A DNA stretch of 62,725 nt, filler included, from Nemertoderma westbladi (lineage: Eukaryota > Animalia > Xenacoelomorpha): assembly GCA_032718475.1 (NCBI GenBank). It is 3 parts of 3 records of this genome, joined end to end, with 100 filler letters (N's around TTAATTAATTAA, not from the genome) between each part and the next. Parts side by side here need not be neighbours in the genome. Positions count along the whole stretch, not along the records: positions 45,247 to 62,725 come from JAUCBJ010007702.1; 2 more parts are not named here. One strand, given 5' to 3'. Made by a program: the position numbers and the translations under genes. This document shows, one piece after another, positions 51,336 through 62,725 of the stretch. Within the stretch, counting starts at the first letter, position 1, and each line of letters begins with the position of its first letter. The notes below the pieces were generated by a model. That model searched no databases. It saw only the letters and a program-made list of their open reading frames with translations, and was not told where the DNA came from.

Positions 51336-54300
51336 AGGTAATCACAGGGAGGGGTTATAATAGGTAGGTAATCACAGGGGGGGGGGGGGGGGTATAATAG
51401 GTAATCACAGGGAGGGGGTATAATAGGTAATCACAGGGAGGGGGTATAATAGGTAATCACAGGGAGGGGGTATAATAGGTAATCACAGGGAGGGGGTATA
51501 ATAGGTAATCACAGGGAGGGGGTATAATAGGTAATCACAGGGAGGGGGCATAATAGGTAATCACAGGGAGGGGGTATAATAGGTAATCACAGGGAGGGGG
51601 TATAATAGGTAGGTAATCACAGGGAGGGGGTATAATAGGTAATCACAGGGAGGGGGTATAATAGGTAGGTAATCACAGGGAGGTGGTATAATAGGTAGGT
51701 AATCACAGGGAGGGGGTATAATAGGTAATCACAGGGAGGGGGTATAATAGGTAATCACAGGGAGGGGGCATAATAGGTAATCACAGGGAGGGGGTATAAT
51801 AGGTAATCACAGGGAGGGGGTATAATAGGTAGGTAATCACAGGGAGGGGGTATAATAGGTAATCACAGGGAGGGGGTATAATAGGTAATCACAGGGAGGG
51901 GGCATAATAGGTAATCACAGGGAGGGGGTATAATAGGTCATCACAGGGAGGGGGTATAATAGGTAGGTAATCACAGGGAGGGGGTATAATGGGTAATCAC
52001 AGGGAGGGGGTATAATAGGTAATCACAGGGAGGGGGTATAATAGGTAGGTAATCACAGGGAGGGGGTATAATAGGTAGGTAATCACAGGGAGGGGGTATA
52101 ATAGGTAGGTAATCACAGGGAGGGGGTATAATAGGTAGGTAATCACAGGGAGGGGGTATAATAGGTAATCACAGGGAGGGGGTATAATAGGTAGGTAATC
52201 ACAGGGAGGGGGTATAATAGGTAGGTAATCACAGGGAGGGGGTATAATAGGTAATCACAGGGAGGGGGTATATTAGGTAGGTAATCACAGGGAGGGGGGT
52301 ATAATAGGTAGGTAATCACAGGGAGGGGGTATAATAGGTAATCACAGGGAGGGGGTATAATTGGTAATCACAGGGAGGGGGTATAATAGGTAGGTAATCA
52401 CAGGGAGGGGGTATAAAAGGTAATCACAGGGAGGGGGTATAATAGGTAGGTAATCACAGGGAGGGGGTATAATAGGTAATCACAGGGAGGGGGTATAATA
52501 GGTAATCACAGGGAGGGGGTATAATAGGTAATCACAGGGAGGGGGTATAATAGGTAATCACAGGGAGGGGGTATAATAGGTAGGTAATCACAGGGAGGGG
52601 GTATAATAGGTAATCACAGGGAGGGGGTATAATAGGTAATCACAGGGAGGGGGTATAATAGGTAGGTAATCACAGGGAGGGGGTATAATAGGTAGGTAAT
52701 CACAGGGAGGGGGTATAATAGGTAGGTAATCACAGGGAGGGGGTATAATAGGTAATCACAGGGAGGGGGTATAATAGGTAATCACAGGGAGGGGGTATAA
52801 TTGGTAATCACAGGGAGGGGGTATAATAGGTAGGTAATCACAGGGAGGGGGTATAAAAGGTAATCACAGGGAGGGGGTATAATAGGTAGGTAATCACAGG
52901 GAGGGGGTATAATAGGTAATCACAGGGAGGGGGTATAATAGGTAATCACAGGGAGGGGGTATAATTGGTAATCACAGGGAGGGGGTATAATAGGTAGGTA
53001 ATCACAGGGAGGGGGTATAAAAGGTAATCACAGGGAGGGGGTATAATAGGTAATCACAGGGAGGGGGTATAATAGGTAGGTAATCACAGGGAGGGGGTAT
53101 AATAGGTAGGTAATCACAGGGAGGGTGTATAATAGGTAATCACAGGGAGGGGGTATAATTGGTAATCACAGGGAGGGGGTATAATAGGTAGGTAATCACA
53201 GGGAGGGGGTATAAAAGGTAATCACAGGGAGGGGGTATAATAGGTAGGTAATCACAGGGAGGGGGTATAATAGGTAATCACAGGGAGGGGGTATAATAGG
53301 TAATCACAGGGAGGGGGTATAATTGGTAATCACAGGGAGGGGGTATAATAGGTAGGTAATCACAGGGAGGGGGTATAAAAGGTAATCACAGGGAGGGGGT
53401 ATAATAGGTAGGTAATCACAGGGAGGGGGTATAATAGGTAATCACAGGGAGGGGGTATAATAGGTAGGTAATCACAGGGAGGGGGTATAATAGGTAGGTA
53501 ATCACAGGGAGGGGGTATAATAGGTAGGTAATCACAGGGAGGGGGTATAATAGGTAATCACAGGGAGGGGGTATAATAGGTAGGTAATCACAGGGAGGGG
53601 GTATAATAGGTAGGTAATCACAGGGAGGGGGTATAATAGGTAGGTAATCACAGGGAGGGGGTATAATAGGTAGGTAATCACAGGGAGGGGGTATAATAGG
53701 TAATCACAGGGAGGGGGTATAATTGGTAATCACAGGGAGGGGGTATAATAGGTAGGTAATCACAGGGAGGGGGTATAAAAGGTAATCACAGGGAGGGGGT
53801 ATAATAGGTAGGTAATCACAGGGAGGGGGTATAAAAGGTAATCACAGGGAGGGGGTATAATAGGTAGGTAATCACAGGGAGGGGGTATAATAGGTAATCA
53901 CAGGGAGGGGGTATAATAGGTAGGTAATCACAGGGAGGGGGTATAATAGGTAGGTAATCACAGGGAGGGGGTATAATAGGTAGGTAATCACAGGGAGGGG
54001 GTATAATAGGTAATCACAGGGAGGTGGTATAATTGGTAATCACAGGGAGGGGGTATAATAGGTAGGTAATCACAGGGAGGGGGTATAAAAGGTAATCACA
54101 GGGAGGGGGTATAATAGGTAGGTAATCACAGGGAGGGGTATAATAGGTAGGTAATCACAGGGAGGGGGTATAATAGGTAATCACAGGGAGGGGGTATAAT
54201 TGGTAATCACAGGGAGGGGGTATAATAGGTAGGTAATCACAGGGAGGGGGTATAATAGGTAATCACTGGGAGGGGGTATAATAGGTAATCACAGGGAGGG

Positions 54301-56585
54301 GGTATAATAGGTAATCACAGGGAGGGGGTATAATAGGTAGGTAATCACAGGGAGGGGGTATAATAGGTAATCACAGGGAGGGGGTATAATAGGTAGGTAA
54401 TCACAGGGAGGGGGTATAATAGGTAGGTAATCACAGGGAGGGGGTATAATAGGTAGGTAATCACAGGGAGGGGGTATAATAGGTAATCACAGGGAGGGGG
54501 TATAATAGGTAGGTAATCACAGGGAGGGGGTATAATAGGTAATCACAGGGAGGGGGTATAATAGGTAGGTAATCACAGGGAGGGGGTATAATAGGTAATC
54601 ACAGGGAGGGGGTATAATTGGTAATCACAGGGAGGGGGTATAATAGGTAGGTAATCACAGGGAGGGGGTATAATAGGTAATCACAGGGAGGGGGTATAAT
54701 AGGTAGGTAATCACAGGGAGGGGGTATAATAGGTAGGTAATCACAGGGAGGGGGTATAATAGGTAGGTAATCACAGGGAGGGGGTATAATAGGTAATCAC
54801 AGGGAGGGGGTATAATAGGTAATCACAGGGAGGGGTTATAATAGGTAGGTAATCACAGGGAGGGGTTATAATAGGTAATCACAGGGAGGGGGTATAATAG
54901 GTAGGTAATCACAGGGAGGGGGTATAATAGGTAATCACAGGGAGGGGGTATAATAGGTAGGTAATCACAGGGAGGGGGTATAATAGGTAATCACAGGGAG
55001 GGGGTATAATAGGTAGGTAATCACAGGGAGGGGGTATAATAGGTAATCACAGGGAGGGGGTATAATAGGTAATCACAGGGAGGGGGTATAATAGGTAGGT
55101 AATCACAGGGAGGGGTTATAATAGGTAATCACAGGGAGGGGGTATAATAGGTAGGTAATCACAGGGAGGGGGTATAATAGGTAATCACAGGGAGGGGGTA
55201 TAATTGGTAATCACAGGGAGGGGGTATAATAGGTAGGTAATCACAGGGAGGGGGTATAATAGGTAATCACAGGGAGGGGGTATAATAGGTAGGTAATCAC
55301 AGGGAGGGGGTATAATAGGTAATCACAGGGAGGGGGTATAATTGGTAATCACAGGGAGGGGGTATAATAGGTAGGTAATCACAGGGAGGGGGTATAATAG
55401 GTAGGTAATCACAGGGAGGGGGTATAATAGGTAATCACAGGGAGGGGGTATAATAGGTAATCACTGGGAGGGGGTATAATAGGTAATCACAGGGAGGGGG
55501 TATAATAGGTAGGTAATCACAGGGAGGGGGTATAATAGGTAATCACAGGGAGGGGGTATAATAGGTAATCACAGGGAGGGGGTATAATAGGTAATCACAG
55601 GGAGGGGGTATAATAGGTAGGTAATCACAGGGAGGGGGTATAATAGGTAGGTAATCACAGGGAGGGGGTATAATAGGTAGGTAATCACAGGGAGGGGGTA
55701 TAATAGGTAATCACAGGGAGGGGGTATAATAGGTATTCACAGGGAGGGGGTATAATAGGTAATCACAGGGAGGGGGTATAATAGGTAGGTAATCACAGGG
55801 AGGGGGTATAATAGGTAATCACAGGGAGGGGGTATAATAGGTAGGTAATCACAGGGAGGGGGTATAATAGGTAATCACAGGGAGGGGGTATAATTGGTAA
55901 TCACAGGGAGGGGGTATAATAGGTAGGTAATCACAGGGAGGGGGTATAATAGGTAATCACAGGGAGGGGGTATAATTGGTAATCACAGGGAGGGGGTATA
56001 ATAGGTAATCACAGGGAGGGGGTATAATAGGTAATCACAGGGAGGGGGTATAATTGGTAATCACAGGGAGGGGGTATAATAGGTAGGTAATCACAGGGAG
56101 GGGGTATAATAGGTAGGTAATCACAGGGAGGGGGTATAATAGGTAATCACAGGGAGGGGGTATAATAGGTAATCACTGGGAGGGGGTATAATAGGTAATC
56201 ACAGGGAGGGGGTATAATAGGTAGGTAATCACAGGGAGGGGGTATAATAGGTAATCACAGGGAGGGGGTATAATAGGTAGGTAATCACAGGGAGGGGGTA
56301 TAATAGGTAGGTAATCACAGGGAGGGGGTATAATAGGTAGGTAATCACAGGGAGGGGGTATAATAGGTAGGTAATCACAGGGAGGGGGTATAATAGGTAA
56401 TCACAGGGAGGGGGTATAATAGGTAATCACAGGGAGGGGGTATAATAGGTAATCACAGGGAGGGGGTATAATAGGTAGGTAATCACAGGGAGGGGGTATA
56501 ATAGGTAATCACAGGGAGGGGGTATAATAGGTAGTCACAGGGAGGGGGTATAATAGGTAATCACAGGGAGGGGATATAATAGGTA
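51336..56585. repeat. 26/30-bp G-rich satellite, roughly 190 units
   Basis: Unit aggt(aggt)aatcacagggagggggtataat; fills about 93% of intron 50948-56616. Confidence 0.98.
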
Positions 56586-56616
56586 AAGTATCTATTAATG
56601 TGATTTATAAACTTAC

Positions 56617-56727
56617 GCATTACATAGAAATATATAGATTCTGATGTCGCAGATCCCAATGTATTAGTTGCTAAGCAACGGTAGGATCCGGAATCGGATT
56701 CCTTGAGATCCGTAATCTTTAACGATC
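56617..56727 (-). CDS. Ig domain exon (C-terminal half), phase 1-1
   Basis: tttttag|GA...ATGC|gtaagt; encodes (G)SLKITDLKESDSGSYRCLATNTLGSATSESIYFYVM with the D-x-G-x-Y-x-C motif. Joins 50947 in frame. Confidence 0.9.
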
Positions 56728-57344
56728 CTAAAAATAATTAGTCGCATAAGAGTAATAATATAACGTAGGAAGTTAGGCCATTAACCGTTTTTAAGAATGA
56801 ACGCAAATTATTTGACTATTGCGATAAAAACCAATGCAAATTCAAAAATTTCAAATAGTAAAAATACGATTTATGCCTTTTTGCAACTCAGTTCAAAAAA
56901 TCGAATGAACAAACTTTGTATAAATGTATCATACTGTATCTCTCACTTACATTTTTATTAAATTAAGGTCTATAAAAATATAAATATGAGATTGACTATA
57001 ATTATTACTGATTATTACTTTATATTAATGAAATATTAACATTTAGAAAATTAGAAGAAAAGCTACATAAATAAGGTTGGGGAGACGACAATTATGGTTA
57101 AGGTTAACTGGGGAGAGTTTCGATCAAATATTATTCTAATTACGATATTTGCGTTTTATCATATTTAAAAAGTAATACATTACTTCAATATTTACTTTGA
57201 GAAATTTTCCTGAATTTTTTGGTCCGAAATATGATGTTAAAATATAATTTTCCCTTAAAAGATCCTTCTCATTACATTACTTTGGGAACATCTGACTGGG
57301 AGGTAACATGTGAAACTGTTCGGAATTGGGACAGAGGGCGGATC

Positions 57345-57590
57345 TGCCTCCACTTTGCAGGACATTGCTTTCGCCGTGAGGACCAGCCACTGCACAATCC
57401 TGTGCTTTGACAGCCTCATGTGGTGAAGAAGCATGATCGACAGCCTATGACTTTCTTGAGTCGACTCTCAAGGGACACTGGCATTGAATATGCGGATGAT
57501 CTCTCAAAAGTGATGAAATCCAAAGATCCACAAGTAATATGGGGTTGTGGCATCGCAATATTGTTGCTTAGCATTTTAATGCAGCTGCAA
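57345..57590 (+). mobile_element. Degraded RTE 3' fragment
   Basis: LHFAGHCFRREDQPLHN...PMTFLSRLSRDTGIEYADDL; matches the 24905-25387 family. Confidence 0.8.
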
Positions 57591-58362
57591 TTAGATGATT
57601 CTTCGAGTTCTTTCAAACCCTTTGCAAATTTTTTTGAAACTGCTTTTCAACATCGTGGGGTTGAACTGCGTCGGTGGATATAACTCTCAGTGACTCGTAA
57701 CCTAGTTTCGGATGAGATCTCGGTATATACATAATACATAGCGGTATATACCTACATCAGTAATAAATCCTGACGGTCTTCAAAATATATACATTACATA
57801 TTATTAATGGATAATAATATTACGTAATATGTATTAATGATTTTACTTAAAGCTTAGTAATTAATTAGCCTAATGCTGTTGGGCACAATTTTTGAATTAT
57901 GTTTCAACTTGGGTATTAATGTATTATTATTAATTATGTATTCATTAACCCTTCAACGATACAACATGTTTCAAGATTATTCATCGCTAGCGCTGTTTCC
58001 AAAAGTTTGTACAGATAGAAAGAATGTTAATTACTGTAGCATCTGCACCTTCGAAATCGAATCTGTCAATGAAAAATGTAACTTTCATCACATTTTATGA
58101 ACATCCATCCAACCGTTGAAATTGTACGTATAATGCATAAAACCTTTTCTTTATAAAATGTGAAGTCCCGACTATCTTTTCCCGTAATAATTGCAGACAG
58201 ACACTGCTGGTTCTGCAGTCCCACTCCATAACCGCGTTGGTGAAAGTCAACCAGAATGGGAGCAGCTAGTAGATAAGATATCTATCATTTAATAGAAATC
58301 ACTTGGAACTTTTATAATAATGTCGAAATTTTATTACTATATTATATTATACTAAACTATAT

Positions 58363-59180
58363 TACACCTAGTCCTGGAATATAGTGTCTTTATTCAGGTA
58401 CATGCCCCCCCCGCCCCCAATTTTTCTCAAAATCGTAATGAGATTGCATGAAATTTGAAACGGAGACAGTTTCACCTCCCTCCTCCTTAGTGGGTGAGCC
58501 AGAATTTTTATTTTCGCTTTCATTCTTTTGCTATAAGCGTTTGAAAAAAGTGTCTCCGGCGGAAATGTGTAAACGTAAAGGTTTGGACGTTGCCTTTATT
58601 ATGATGAAAATATTATAGTTTTAGTTCTGCTTTTTAATGTCTATCTTTTAACTTATTATTACGGTCTCCAAATATAACTTTACCGGAGATTAAATCTATT
58701 CTGTTTCTCTTTCTCTCTCTCGGTAAAATGTCTCGACTAACAATTTTATGAAAAGTAAATTTTATTTTGTGATTAAATTATTTCTAAGCTTCCTTTCCTT
58801 TACTATTCGGAATGCACTACAATTGCACCTGTTACACCGTACTTATTCTTCACCCTTATACTGATTTGTTGGCACTATTAGAACGCTGGTTGTGCAAGGA
58901 TTCCAAATATGTAACACAATTTAAATTTCGTCTTAAAATAGTTGAGTTATGAGCGTTTAAAACTTGCATGGTTTTGCATATGAGCGAGCGAGCGAGGCTA
59001 TTTTATTCTATTGAATAAAAACAACATAATTCTGGAATATTTATCGCAATATTGTGGGAATATTCTGGAATATTTTGTTTATCTGTTTTTTTTTTTTTTT
59101 TTTTTAATCCCAAACTATACAGTTGTTAGCTATAAAAATTCATAGAAGTAAAATATTTAAATATTCCAGGACATGGTGTA
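58363..59180. mobile_element. TA-flanked MITE (Tc1/mariner-like), best-delimited copy of the local foldback family
   Basis: TA-CACCtaGTCCTGGAATAT ... ATATTCCAGGACatGGTG-TA termini. Confidence 0.7.
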
Positions 59181-60423
59181 TATTAGAGATTATACTCTCT
59201 CCTCGGAATAGTTATAAAGCTTATGAGAGGTTAAATGTTATTTTCGGGAGTAATTCTTTCAGTTATTCTTTCAGTATGATTATACGTATGAGTATACGTT
59301 ACACTGAGGCACAATTTTTCCGGGCTATCGTACTTTAGTAGTATTACATCCCATCCTGTTGTATAGTCCTAGTATTACGCTGTTCAACACAATTATACAC
59401 TAAAACGGGATATCGGTATTAAAAGAGGCCGATCTATAGGAAGATAGTAAGTAGTCTATGGCAAAAACTATTGTTCAGTGATTAACATGTGTTATTAGAA
59501 GTGCAAATTATATACTTTCAGTTTTTACGGATTTCCAGTATGGGATTTATACTCGTCTGATTGTAATAAATTGTTTTACATACACCATGGAAATAACAAT
59601 GTGTGGCATGTTTGTAATTTACCATATACAACTCGTAGATTTATTGTAGAATATATTGTGCATTTCAGTCTCCCAAGAATATATTGCATATTAGATGTAT
59701 TTCATTTGCGACGATATCTGTACGAATGTAAAATAGTAATGTGTTCAATTTTTAGCTAGAAGATCCCTATTTAACTGTAATACGAGGTCGGGTTTAAATG
59801 GGTCACGGTATATTGTGACATTGTGACATTGTGGCAGTGTGACATTGTGTATTACGGTAATGTTATGGAAACATTTTTTAAACTCGTTTACATTTGTTTT
59901 TTTTTACTTAACACGTCGTAATCTATTTATCATATAATTACAAAATAATATTGTCATTTGCTGTCTTAAATATGGTCAATTGCTGTCAATCCAATTTTTA
60001 TTTTTTTTAATTATCATCTATATTTTATTCCTACCAGGTTGTCAGTCACCTACGTTTACTCGCATTATCGATTTATGGGTGCTAAAAGTGCATACTTTCG
60101 TCATCACCCTTTAAACTATTAAACTATATTCCCTCACCAGATATTAGTAACTGGAGTGCTACTTAACTGGAGTGCTACTGTACTGTTTGTACAAAGTGGT
60201 ACGATTGCTTACAATATAAGTGGTCGGGTTTACAAGAAATCAACTAGAGCTCATGTTATTGCCAATAGCTAGTGATTAATTTAACGTCAATGTTTAAATA
60301 TATTTTATATTATCGACAAGGTCACGATACATTGTACCATAACAATTTAACATGGTTAAATTATTTTGCTCTACTTACTTAGGACTATTTTGCTCTACTT
60401 AGTACCTCGACACTACGTACTGC

Positions 60424-61017
60424 ACTTCGACCCTATTCCAGTGATCACCGCCTTATTGTGGCCAAGGTAAGACTTAGTCTGCATGCTAGCAGAACAACGA
60501 AATCTGTCTTGCCGCGGCATGACTGGTGCTCTCTGTTGCAACAGCAAAGTGTGAGATCCAGCTTCACACTACAGATGAGCAACAGGAACAGGAAAAGGGC
60601 CCCCTGGACTGACAACAAAATTCAGAAGTGCCGAAATGACCTCTATAAGGCGCAGAAAGAGTCCCGACTCAAACAGACTACAGCGGCCAAGAATGTAGTT
60701 AAGGCTGCATCTAGGTCCCTGAACAGGCAGTACTCTGTTAATCTACAGGAGCTAATAAACCAACAGGTTGATGCCATTAATGATCCCGATGACAGCAGGC
60801 AATCATTCCAGGCGTGGAAATCGATCAACTTGCTTACTGGGCGGAAAAGCCAACCAACCACCAAGGTTAAGGCTGATTCACCAGCCGATCGCCTCAATGG
60901 TTGGAAGGCCCACTTTGAAAAGCTCCTCAACGATGACAGGGTATTGCCTGATAACTTTATAGAAGTAAAAGTGTCTTGAGTCTGTACTCCCAGATATTCC
61001 CATTGGCGATATCATCT
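60424..61017 (+). mobile_element. Internal fragment of RTE family B with an internal deletion
   Basis: 60424-60585 matches 62500-62663, then jumps at an aacagg microhomology to the linker region (APWTD...WKSINLLTGRK...WKAHFEKLLN). Confidence 0.85.
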
Positions 61018-61126
61018 CAGGTCAGGTCAGGTATTCTAGGTCATTGATCAAGAATACTTGCCACCTCCATGCAGCATAAAGGAGGTGCCACCTGTAGCTG
61101 CATAGACCCCCCTCTTACTAGGGCAA
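61018..61126 (+). ncRNA. Predicted double-pseudoknot RNA element at the RTE-B 5' end
   Basis: Helices caggt/acctg, gtattct/agaatac, ttg/caa, cacctcc/ggaggtg, atgcagc/gctgcat and ccc/ggg. Confidence 0.55.
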
Positions 61127-61439
61127 ATCTGGTCCCGTAACTAGGACCCCCTTCGTTCTGGGATAAGGACGCCCTTGGTCCTGGATTAAGGACCCATATA
61201 CTTGGCTGCAGGGGTATATGGCCTGACCAGGCAGATGGTGATCTACCAATGGCTGGTCAGGAGTAGAGTGTTCTCATGCCCACTCTGAGAGCACTTCACT
61301 GCGAACTGCACCTGGCAGCAAGTGTACAGGGCATGACTCAGCAGATGAGCTGCAACAGCCAAAGGTGGGTCATGTGCGCCAGAGTAGATATGAGTGATGG
61401 GCCTCATATCTGACTCCATTGCGACACCCACCCTGTGGA

Positions 61440-62725
61440 ATGGCAAACCAGGGTGTGGTATTTGCCCCGAGAGCTGACTCGGCAAAAAAGCACCCCACAA
61501 CCCCCACTATGGATTACATTAGCACTGCGGAGGTCCAGCCACTAGAGGCCAGTGGAATTACCGGACACAATCGGCCTCACAGGCGTCAGTTAATTCCTGA
61601 CCGGCTGCCTGTCTCACCCCCTACTGGAGAGAGAGCAGCCAACAATTCTTTGAGTCCCTTTCCTGATGACCTTTCTGGCCCAAACCCTGGGTCACCAGGG
61701 AGGCCAGATTGTGATGGGGAGAGGGATTCTGGAGTTGGAGGCTACTCTCATGTTCCACCCCGACCAACAAAGCCATTGGTGAACCTGAGGCAAGTCACTA
61801 GACTAGCCTCAGTAAACACCCTAACACTCGGGTCCCCAATGCGACAAGGTGAGCTGACTGCCTTGGCAGATAAGCTTTCTCTTAGCGCAGTGGGTGTTCA
61901 AGAGCACCGAATGCAGACTGGACAGACTGATGAGGTTCTGATTAAGGACTTGGGGGGCGGTTGGCGACTCGCCCTCGCGTCAGCAGATGATAGTGGCAAT
62001 GGTGGAATTGGTCTATTGATGAATCCAACTGCACATGCAGCATTGGACAAAATAGACCAAATCTCTAACCGCATCATCCGTTGCCACTTCTCATGTTCTG
62101 GAAGACTGGCTAAGAAGTTTCCTAAGGTGGTTCTGATTGTGTGCTACTCTCCAACTAGTGTTGCCCCTGTAGAGGAGGTGGAAAATTTCTACCACAATCT
62201 ACAAGCAGCTACTGATGGAGTGGATCAGCATGCATTCTTAACATTCCTGGGAGACTTTAATGCAAGTCTGCATCAATCACCTACATCGCCCTGGGTGTAT
62301 AGCAATAGTGTTAACCGAAATTCTGTCCATCTTCAGGATTTTATCTCTGGAAATGGATTGTTTTCGGCTGGAACCCAGTTCAAGAAGCGAACTGGAAAGC
62401 TATGGACTCATAGTGGACCCAGTGGTCACAAGTCCCAGATAGACCATATCCTGTTTCGTAGGAAATACAGGAGCTCTATACAAGACTGTAATGCATTTAC
62501 ACTTCGACCCTTCTCCAGTGATCACCGCCTTATTGTGGCCAAGGTAAGACTTAGTCTGCGTGCTAGCAGAACAACGAAATCTGCCTTGCCGCGGCATGAC
62601 TGGTCCTCTCTGTCGCAACAGCCAAGTGTGAGATCCAGCTTCACACTACAGCTGACCAACAGGTATGAGGCTCTTGCCTCTGCGGCGGCAGATCACTGTG
62701 AGGGCTATACGGCCTTTACAGAAGC
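61440..62725 (+). CDS. RTE-B ORF, APE endonuclease domain (3'-partial; absent from the ORF track because it has no stop in the window)
   Basis: ATG at 61440 (alternative 61509). Frame is open through GVQEHR, GGIGLLM, CYSPT, LGDFNA, SQIDHIL and SDHRLI. Confidence 0.88.
   Translation, partial: MANQGVVFAPRADSAKKHPTTPTMDYISTAEVQPLEASGITGHNRPHRRQLIPDRLPVSPPTGERAANNSLSPFPDDLSGPNPGSPGRPDCDGERDSGVGGYSHVPPRPTKPLVNLRQVTRLASVNTLTLGSPMRQGELTALADKLSLSAVGVQEHRMQTGQTDEVLIKDLGGGWRLALASADDSGNGGIGLLMNPTAHAALDKIDQISNRIIRCHFSCSGRLAKKFPKVVLIVCYSPTSVAPVEEVENFYHNLQAATDGVDQHAFLTFLGDFNASLHQSPTSPWVYSNSVNRNSVHLQDFISGNGLFSAGTQFKKRTGKLWTHSGPSGHKSQIDHILFRRKYRSSIQDCNAFTLRPFSSDHRLIVAKVRLSLRASRTTKSALPRHDWSSLSQQPSVRSSFTLQLTNRYEALASAAADHCEGYTAFTE

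Larger units (their letters stand above)
61018..62725 (+). mobile_element. RTE-clade LINE (family B), intact 5' end, runs off the window
   Basis: (CAGGT)3 start as in family A, ~420-nt leader, open APE frame. Confidence 0.9.

Noticed and set aside
45348-56585. CRISPR-like appearance of the long arrays
   Set aside because: Units are contiguous with no unique spacers, there are no cas genes, and the context is eukaryotic introns.
58144-58265. Possible further minus-strand exon (APILVDFHQRGYG...FTFYKEK)
   Set aside because: Weak donor GTTTTA, phase 0 end incompatible with the phase-1 start at 56727, and no Ig Trp.

Overview
AT-rich, repeat-dense animal (probably invertebrate) genomic DNA. It consists of three contigs joined by artificial 100-nt spacers (26704-26803 and 45147-45246). 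Host genes: (i) on +, three phase-compatible exons of a WW-WW-PH protein of the PLEKHA5/PLEKHA7 family (14445-14918, 19372-19919, 23249-24651; 3' part not found); (ii) on -, two Ig-domain exons (56617-56727, 50796-50947) and two duplicated calcium-binding EGF exons (39834-39956, 31596-31718), none of which is in the ORF track. The rest is mostly mobile DNA: a full-length RTE LINE with a 10-bp TSD, a second RTE family, CR1-group and CRE-like LINE remnants, a head-to-tail Helitron dimer, hAT-, piggyBac- and Tc1-like non-autonomous elements, and two ~5-kb intronic satellites. Top observations: a covarying double-pseudoknot RNA structure at the 5' end of two divergent RTE families (HDV-like helix order but a non-HDV core; candidate new ribozyme or RNA motif); a 58-bp satellite built from ~94 copies of an exon/5'-splice-site junction; and an EGF exon duplication whose two copies give reciprocal empty sites for three transposon insertions. 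All calls come from manual reading, with no searches run.
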